Below are positions 57,509-64,000 of a stretch of 64,000 nt of DNA, piece after piece (position 1 is the first letter of the stretch; each line of letters begins with the position of its first letter). The notes below the pieces were generated by a model that worked only from the letters and a program-made list of their open reading frames with translations, was not told where the DNA came from and searched no databases. Where the stretch lies: the NCBI GenBank assembly GCA_002305355.1, contig DBQS01000014.1:4720-68719 (forward strand), read 5' to 3'. The stretch comes from Patescibacteria group bacterium UBA1388. Lineage in GTDB: Bacteria > Patescibacteriota > Microgenomatia > UBA1400 > PJMF01. A program made the translations under genes and the position numbers.

Positions 57509-57856
57509 TCAAGATCGCTGGCGAATTCTTTCGACAATATGAGTGAACCTTGCATGACTGTAAAGTGATGCACCAGCAAACCCTAGCAAGGTAACAGCAA
57601 TTTCTTGGTCGGATAGACCCATTTGTCTAAGTTCAATCACATATCTTCCTAGACTTGTTGGAATATGTTGGGTTTCCATTACAGCTCTATTAATTTCTTC
57701 CTGATCGCCGAAGAAAATTCCTAAACCATTGAGGGCAAGTACGATAAAAATGAGACCTGAGATGGCTCGCATCGATTGGAGAACAACTACTTCCACTCTG
57801 TGATGTGGATCAGGTGGAACTGAATCTTTTCTAGGAAGCTCAGGCGGTTCAAACAT
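57509..57856 (-). CDS. Hypothetical membrane protein
   Basis: Two hydrophobic segments; TATAAT 6 nt before ATG 57856. Confidence 0.6.
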   Translation of the reverse strand: MFEPPELPRKDSVPPDPHHRVEVVVLQSMRAISGLIFIVLALNGLGIFFGDQEEINRAVMETQHIPTSLGRYVIELRQMGLSDQEIAVTLLGFAGASLYSHARFTHIVERIRQRS

Positions 57857-57969
57857 CACCTAATTATATCACAAGGCAACATAATCATTGCTCCATCTAT
57901 GATGAAATAGATCAATTTTAATTAGGAACCCTAAACAAGATAAGAAGTCTCCTAATCCGAATGACAAAT

Positions 57970-59010
57970 TTAAACTAGTCCCACTTGCTCTACCAAGCGA
58001 TTACAGTAACCAAACTCATTATCATACCAGCTAATAATTTTGACCAAGTTTCCGCCAATCACGTTGGTAAGCGCCAAATCCACAATTGATGACTCTCGTC
58101 GTCCTACGATGTCTGCAGAAACAATAGGCTCATCAGTTACTGCCAGGATGCCTTGCCACTCTGGTTTCAAAGCTGCTTCACGCAGAATTTGGTTGACTTC
58201 ATCAGTAGAAGTATCCCGCTTGGTAACAAAGACCATATCGGCTAATGACCCAACACTTGAGGGTACTCTAATCGCCAAGCCATCGAATTTACCATTGAGT
58301 TCTGTTAAAATTTGCGTGGTAGTCTTGGCTGCACCGGTGGTGGTAGGAATAATATTTTCAGCTGCACTCCGAGCCCGGCGCAAATCTTTATGAGAATTAT
58401 CTTGAATGTTTTGATCGTCGGTATAAGAATGGATGGTAGTCATCAAAGCTTTTTCCACGCCTATTGTTTGATTAATGATCGCCACAATTGGCGTAATGCA
58501 GTTGGTAGTACAGGATGCATTGGAAATGATTTGCTCATCAGAACTTAGTTGGTTGACGCCAATCACACCAGTGCTGATGCCCTCCCCTTTAGCTGGTGCT
58601 GACAAAATAACTTTCTGTGCTCCGCTTTGCAAGTGCAAACTAGCCTTTTCTTTAGTGAGAAAGACGCCTGTCGAATCAATCACCACTTCCACCCCATTTT
58701 GTCTCCAAGGTATTTTAGCTGGGTCACGTTGGGCTGTGACAACAATTTCGCGGTCGCCAATCCTGATTGATCCCAGCACGGGATTTTCATCAGTCACGTC
58801 TTTAGTACTTTGAAAACGATTAACCGCAATTGGTTCAGCAAAGATGCCGTAATTGGTGTCATACTTGACTAAATGCACCCAATCTTCAATTTCCATTGAG
58901 CCTGAGGTATTAATCACTTTTAGATCAATTTGGTTACGTTGATAGAGCCACCACACCCTGAAACTAGTGCGACCAATTCTGCCAAAACCATTAATACCAA
59001 ATGTTCTCAT
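57970..59010 (-). CDS. gap: Type I glyceraldehyde-3-phosphate dehydrogenase
   Basis: GINGFGRIGR, SNASCTTNC, WYDNEFGY; GAGGAG RBS. Confidence 0.98.
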   Translation of the reverse strand: MRTFGINGFGRIGRTSFRVWWLYQRNQIDLKVINTSGSMEIEDWVHLVKYDTNYGIFAEPIAVNRFQSTKDVTDENPVLGSIRIGDREIVVTAQRDPAKIPWRQNGVEVVIDSTGVFLTKEKASLHLQSGAQKVILSAPAKGEGISTGVIGVNQLSSDEQIISNASCTTNCITPIVAIINQTIGVEKALMTTIHSYTDDQNIQDNSHKDLRRARSAAENIIPTTTGAAKTTTQILTELNGKFDGLAIRVPSSVGSLADMVFVTKRDTSTDEVNQILREAALKPEWQGILAVTDEPIVSADIVGRRESSIVDLALTNVIGGNLVKIISWYDNEFGYCNRLVEQVGLV

Positions 59011-59152
59011 ATGCGCTCCTCTTACATTTTATCGTAAATACAAGTTTGAATACAAATTATTTTTTTAAAATTGGCCGGCTTTTTGGTTAGCATCCAGCTG
59101 ATCACTTTCAGTGAGCACTCCGTTTCAGTTAGACATGCATTTTTACATTGAC

Positions 59153-59896
59153 TTATTCAGCAAATTCAGTTTGGGTATCATTGCTGACGTAAGTACCGAT
59201 ACTTTCGCCTTTAACTGCTTTCACCAGATTATCACCTTTAAATAATTCAAAAACCATAACAGGCATGTTATTTTCTTGACACATCGCGAGTGCAGCTGTG
59301 TCCATCACTTCTACTTCATCCATCGCAATGGCGTCATGGAAAGTGATTGTTTTAAAACGTCGGGCATCAGGTTGTTTTTGAGGATCTTTATCATAAATGC
59401 CATCCACTTTGGTTGCTTTCATCAGCACATCAGCGTGTAATTCCAAGGCATGTAAAGAGGCGCCAGTGTCGGTGGTGACAAACGGCACACCTGTGCCGGC
59501 GGCCAGAATAACCACTCGCCCTTTTTGCATATGCCGGAGCGCCCGTCTCCGGATAAAACTTTCTGCCACCGCCGGCATCAACAACGCTGACTGTACTCTG
59601 GTTGGCACACCAGTTTTTTCAAGCGCGTCTTGCAGTGCTAAGGCATTCATTACTGTTGCCAGCATACCCATATAATCGGCTGTTGCCCGGTCAATGCCAT
59701 TTTTAGAACCGGAAATACCCCGGAAAATATTTCCTCCACCCATGACTAATGCAATTTCCACGTTCTCAACATAGATGGCTTTGATTTGTGCTGCAACTTT
59801 CATTGCTGCTTTGGGATCAATACCATAGGGTCGGTCACCTATTAAAGATTCGCCACCTACCTTCAGTAGTACACGATTAAATCTAGTCGAAGCCAT
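59153..59896 (-). CDS. pyrH: UMP kinase
   Basis: RVLLK.GGE, GGGNIFRG, ADYMGMLATVMN, TTDT, KVDGIYDKDP. Confidence 0.97.
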   Translation of the reverse strand: MASTRFNRVLLKVGGESLIGDRPYGIDPKAAMKVAAQIKAIYVENVEIALVMGGGNIFRGISGSKNGIDRATADYMGMLATVMNALALQDALEKTGVPTRVQSALLMPAVAESFIRRRALRHMQKGRVVILAAGTGVPFVTTDTGASLHALELHADVLMKATKVDGIYDKDPQKQPDARRFKTITFHDAIAMDEVEVMDTAALAMCQENNMPVMVFELFKGDNLVKAVKGESIGTYVSNDTQTEFAE

Positions 59897-59925
59897 GGTG
59901 TCCTTTCATAATTTATGACCAGTTT

Positions 59926-60957
59926 CTAAATGCCTATTTTTGCGCGCAAGCGAAGAATTGTCCAACGCACATTTTCTGCCACTCGATATATTTTATACAT
60001 TTGCTCATTTAGTACTAAGTCATAGGTGCCGATAAATTCTGTCAACGTACCGCCATAACCTTCTTTAAACTTATGAAATCCATACCAAGGGTCATTCTTG
60101 TCTGGTTTTGGGCCAAGTGAGCCCCACATATCAAAAGTGTGACAACCCAATTTTTTGGCGTAGATAATCATTTCCCACATCATCAAATTGCTTGCCATTA
60201 CATCCCGATGAGCGGTTCGAGAGGCACCGTAGGGGTAATAAAAGATGTCGTGAAAATGGAAGACAATCCACGACACGATAATCTTATCTTGATAAACCGC
60301 ATGGAAAATATGCAACATATTAGTTGTGCCAAGAGTATTCCAGAGTGTTTTAAAATATTCTGGACTATGAGCGTAAAATCCTTGGCGATTAGTTGTTTCT
60401 TGAAGAATATCGATGTATTCATCCATGCCCTCTTGCGAAGTTTTTTCAAAAATTTGTACACCTTTTTTGGCTGCCAATCTGACGTTATATCTGGTTTTAC
60501 TTTTCAGCTGTGCGAAAATTTTTTCTTCACTTTGCTGTAAATTAAGTTGGAAAGTGTATTTAGTAAAAAGTGGTCTTCCCGGTACACAACCGTGATCCAC
60601 AAGAAATCTTTTAATTGCATCATGGGCGCTTGGAGCACCTGCTTCTTGAGCAATATTAGGTTCAAGTTTGACAAATAAAGCATTGTGTTTTTCGCCAAGT
60701 TGGCGAAGCACATCCAGTTGTTCTTCGTCAGGCATTGGGCCTTTGGGTAGGTAGCCAATAGTCTGATTAAAATGGGGAATTTTATGAAAAGTAACTTGAA
60801 AAGCTTGAGTGAGTTTTTGCCCTTCAAAAAAGCCAATTCTTTCTACCTTGACACCAGTTTGTTTTCTAAACTCCCCCCAAGCCCAAGTTTGCAACGGGTG
60901 TTGGACAACTTGGTCGTAAAGTGATTTTTCTTCTTCTCTAATGGCTCGGATGATCAT
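59926..60957 (-). CDS. FemAB/FemX peptidoglycan bridge aminoacyltransferase
   Basis: HPLQTWAWGEFR, KTRYNVRLAAKKGV, FDMWG, GFHKFKEGYGG. Confidence 0.92.
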   Translation of the reverse strand: MIIRAIREEEKSLYDQVVQHPLQTWAWGEFRKQTGVKVERIGFFEGQKLTQAFQVTFHKIPHFNQTIGYLPKGPMPDEEQLDVLRQLGEKHNALFVKLEPNIAQEAGAPSAHDAIKRFLVDHGCVPGRPLFTKYTFQLNLQQSEEKIFAQLKSKTRYNVRLAAKKGVQIFEKTSQEGMDEYIDILQETTNRQGFYAHSPEYFKTLWNTLGTTNMLHIFHAVYQDKIIVSWIVFHFHDIFYYPYGASRTAHRDVMASNLMMWEMIIYAKKLGCHTFDMWGSLGPKPDKNDPWYGFHKFKEGYGGTLTEFIGTYDLVLNEQMYKIYRVAENVRWTILRLRAKIGI

Positions 60958-60978
60958 ATTAATTCATTATACAGAAAT

Positions 60979-62901
60979 TTATCGATCCATAAACACTTCT
61001 AAATCAATTTCTCCACTCAGAACATCATCTAAAAATTCATCATCCATGACAAGTCTTCTCACTTCAGATTGGGGTTTGGAGTTTTGGTCGAGGTTTGCTG
61101 ACTCAGAATCATAGTGCAATAACTCACCCGAAATATCATGCAGAAATCGACTTGGAACAGAGCTGGTATGGCTGCCATATTGATAACGAGTCCGAGCATA
61201 AGAAAAAAATAAAAGTTGTTTTGCTCTGGTGATGCCAACATAGCAAAGGCGTCTTTCTTCTTCAATGTCATCTTGATTGAGCATTGAATGACTGTGTGGG
61301 AGTAAGCCGTCTTCCATACCGACCATAAAAACAATGCTAAATTCCAAACCTTTGGCAGAATGCAAACTCATCAACTGGACTGCATTGTCGTTGCCGCCGA
61401 TTGGATTATTAATATCCACGTAATAATTATCTTGCAGCAAAGCCACGTTTTCTAAAAATTGCGTGACTTTTTCAAATTGACCGGCCATCGCTTCCAGTTC
61501 AACTAGGTTTTCAAGGCGTTGGCGTTCTTCCTCGACTTGCTCAGAATAGAGTGCCCGATAATCGGTTAAATCGAGTGCTTTTTTAAGCAATTGTTGAGGA
61601 TTCGCCAATGTCCAGTCTTGATTGCCATTTTCATCGCGCCACTTTTCTAGTTTGGCCAAACGTCTTTTTCCAAGCTTGGTTGCTCGGGCGTAGCTAACTG
61701 TATCTGTGGGATTGACGATTATTCTGATATACGCCAACGCATCTTTAATTTCTTTGCGCTCATAAAATTTAGTTCCTCCAACCAAACGGTATGGGATACC
61801 TTGTCTGATCAATGCTTCTTCAAATAGTCTCGACTGAGCATTAGTGCGATACAAAATCGCCATTTCTTTGAGAGGCACGGAACCTTTTTGAGATTTAATA
61901 AAGTTAACTACTTTAGCTGCTTCCAATTCTCCGGTTTGATTATCTAAGCAAATGATTTGATTTGCGGCTTCAATATTTGTCCAAAGCTTTAAAATAGGAT
62001 GGGTGGTATTATGTGATATGATTTGGGTGGCAGCATCTAAGATTGTTTGGGTGGAGCGGTAGTTTTGTTCGAGTCGATATTCTTTGATTTTTGGATAATC
62101 GGTTTTAAGTTGTAACATATTACGATAATCAGCACCTCTCCAAGCGTAGATGCTTTGGCTAAAATCACCTACTACGTAAAGATTATTTTGGGGCATCGAT
62201 AAAATTTGACTGAGTTGATATTGAGCTTTATTGGTGTCTTGGTATTCGTCCACTAAAACGTGTTCAAATTGCTGCTGATACTTGGCCGTTACCTCGGGTT
62301 TGGTACGGAGAAGTTGTACAGTTTTGTTTAACAAATCATCAAAATCAACTGCTTGTGCTTGGGTGAGAGCTCGTTGATACAACCAATACACTTTCGCGAC
62401 AAAATTTTGATACTCGCCAAGTGTAAGTTCTTGATATTCATTGGGCATTAACAAATCATTTTTGGCTGCAGAAATACTATTTTTCACTTGTGATGGTTTA
62501 AATTTTTTGAGGTCAAACTGATGGTCTTTGTAAATTTGCTTGATTAAGCTGAGTTGGTCATCGCTATCATAGATGACATAATTTTGGTCAAGTCCAATTT
62601 GAAAACCATCGCGTCGGAGGATTTTAGCGCACAAACTATGAAAAGTGCCCGCAAATGGCACCGCCGAACCAGCAAGCATCTCAATTCGTTCCTTCATCTC
62701 CCCGGCTGCTTTATTGGTAAAAGTAACTAGTAAAATGCTGCTTGGATCAACTTTTTTTTCTAAAATTAAATAAGCGGCGCGGTGGGTCAAAACTGTTGTT
62801 TTTCCAGAACCAGCCCCGGCCAAAACTAAAGCCGGTCCTGAATTATGCAAGACTGCTTTTTTTTGAGCTGGATTGAGTTTTTTCAAGAGATTGGTCATCA
62901 A
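60979..62901 (-). CDS. pcrA: UvrD/PcrA DNA helicase
   Basis: AGAGSGKT, TFTNKAA, VDEYQDTN, LEQNYRST, HSAKGLEF, EERRLCYVGITRA. Confidence 0.96.
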   Translation of the reverse strand: MMTNLLKKLNPAQKKAVLHNSGPALVLAGAGSGKTTVLTHRAAYLILEKKVDPSSILLVTFTNKAAGEMKERIEMLAGSAVPFAGTFHSLCAKILRRDGFQIGLDQNYVIYDSDDQLSLIKQIYKDHQFDLKKFKPSQVKNSISAAKNDLLMPNEYQELTLGEYQNFVAKVYWLYQRALTQAQAVDFDDLLNKTVQLLRTKPEVTAKYQQQFEHVLVDEYQDTNKAQYQLSQILSMPQNNLYVVGDFSQSIYAWRGADYRNMLQLKTDYPKIKEYRLEQNYRSTQTILDAATQIISHNTTHPILKLWTNIEAANQIICLDNQTGELEAAKVVNFIKSQKGSVPLKEMAILYRTNAQSRLFEEALIRQGIPYRLVGGTKFYERKEIKDALAYIRIIVNPTDTVSYARATKLGKRRLAKLEKWRDENGNQDWTLANPQQLLKKALDLTDYRALYSEQVEEERQRLENLVELEAMAGQFEKVTQFLENVALLQDNYYVDINNPIGGNDNAVQLMSLHSAKGLEFSIVFMVGMEDGLLPHSHSMLNQDDIEEERRLCYVGITRAKQLLFFSYARTRYQYGSHTSSVPSRFLHDISGELLHYDSESANLDQNSKPQSEVRRLVMDDEFLDDVLSGEIDLEVFMDR

Positions 62902-63030
62902 GCGTTCATCCTAGCACGTGAGCGAGCAGACGTCAGTAGGCGTTCTAGATCGAGCGGTATTTAAGATTCATTGTGATCATAAACACGAGGCGACTCTTTA
63001 CGAATGATGCTTTCTAGGTATAGTGAAGTT

Positions 63031-63720
63031 ATGAAAGAAAAATTAATTATCGCCAACTGGAAATCTCACAAGTTGGAAGTGGAGGTGAGTAAGTGGATGA
63101 CGGAGTTCAAACAGCAATTTCAGTCATCAGAATTGTTGGAATTTGTGCAACTGGTGGTTGCCCCGGCTTTGCCGCACTTGCATCAAGTCAAATTAGAATT
63201 ACCAGATGGAGTAGCGCTTGGTGCTCAAGCCGTCAGCCCTTTTCCCATGGGTAGTTACACTGGTGCGGTGAACGCGCAACAACTTAAAGATTTCGGAGTG
63301 CAATACGTGATCGTGGGACATTCCGAGCGCAGACGCTACTTTCATGAAAATCATCAAGACGTGGCTAAACAGGTTCAGGAAGTTTTGGCACAACAAATCA
63401 AACCGGTTTTGTGTTTAGACAAAGATTATATTGATGAGCAAGCAGCGACGCTCGACTCATCTACTCTTAAGGATTGTGTGATTGCCTACGAACCTTTGGC
63501 AGCGATTGGTACTGGCAACAACGAGCCTGTTGGCGAGGTTAAGCAAGTAGTTGAGCAAATTCGCGATGTATATGGTCAGGTGCCTGTCATTTATGGTGGC
63601 AGCGTTGATCAATCAAACATCGGAGAGTATATGTTGATTAGCGATGGCGCTTTGGTCGGCGGCGCATCACTCGATGTGGCACAGTTCAGCCAATTAATAG
63701 AAAAAAGTTTGGTTAAATAA
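63031..63720 (+). CDS. tpiA: Triosephosphate isomerase
   Basis: ANWK, GHSERR, AYEP, YGGSV, LVGGASL; start reassigned to ATG 63031. Confidence 0.96.
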   Translation: MKEKLIIANWKSHKLEVEVSKWMTEFKQQFQSSELLEFVQLVVAPALPHLHQVKLELPDGVALGAQAVSPFPMGSYTGAVNAQQLKDFGVQYVIVGHSERRRYFHENHQDVAKQVQEVLAQQIKPVLCLDKDYIDEQAATLDSSTLKDCVIAYEPLAAIGTGNNEPVGEVKQVVEQIRDVYGQVPVIYGGSVDQSNIGEYMLISDGALVGGASLDVAQFSQLIEKSLVK

Positions 63721-63904
63721 TCTATATATTTACTTCACTAAGAATGCAATCATCGGCACTTTTCTGACTACCTAGACTGCCTCTTAATTATTGAAGATTA
63801 AGTACTTTTGAAAGAAGATGGGTCGCTTGTGACGGATTATTCAGAGATAATGAAAAATCTTTCTAAGAAGCTTCGAACAGCGGTCAGTGCTAAATCACAG
63901 GTTA

Positions 63905-64000
63905 TCAGATTTGAGTTTGATATAGGTTCTCTTCCTCTGATAATACTTCTTTTGTGAAATTATCATCAAAAAACTTTTGATTTACATTATACTGTGATTT
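63905..64000 (-). CDS. Possible 3' end of a gene entering from the right edge
   Basis: Open frame KSQYNVNQKFFDDNFTKEVLSEEENLYQTQI*; too short to identify. Confidence 0.3.
   Translation of the reverse strand, partial: KSQYNVNQKFFDDNFTKEVLSEEENLYQTQI

Noticed and set aside
9099-63396. Many short ORFs nested in or antisense to well-supported genes
   Set aside because: No recognisable motifs; expected shadow frames.
1-64000. CRISPR array, rRNA or prophage
   Set aside because: No regularly spaced repeats, rRNA signatures or phage structural genes seen.

Overview
Bacterial chromosome segment in the standard code (TGA is stop). The gene content points to a Patescibacteria/CPR genome, probably Microgenomates (inference from the many pilins, FKBP-less trigger factor, short PheT, rpmF-nusB-acp-rnc order and a DUF5660-like gene). 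1-4.2 kb is a decayed mobile region: a helicase/recombinase deletion scar, a dead IS3, pilD, a degenerate tRNA-Ile, a small hairpin RNA and BrnTA. 4.3-27 kb is a type IV pilus locus. Six tandem pilins are followed by an opposite-strand cassette (PilW-like pilin, two giant Cys-rich surface proteins with a shared C-terminal W-x-E module, a beta-propeller membrane protein, an SH3 protein), then a methyltransferase, two catalytically dead NDT-RHH proteins and pilX-M-N-O. 27-64 kb is mostly housekeeping (rpsP, rnc, nusB, rpmF, recG, tyrS, PBP1A, pheST, infC-rpmI-rplT, tig, miaAB, RNase P RNA, uppP, comM, gap, pyrH, femX, pcrA, tpiA, tRNA-Val, tRNA-Cys). The best candidate for an undescribed system is the pilus cassette: modular tip adhesins, a possible in-frame invertible pilW segment, a G-quadruplex motif and a pseudoenzyme regulator pair. 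Other notable points are apparently leaderless promoters across the window and an ACP without its phosphopantetheine serine. All calls come from reading motifs by eye; no searches were run.
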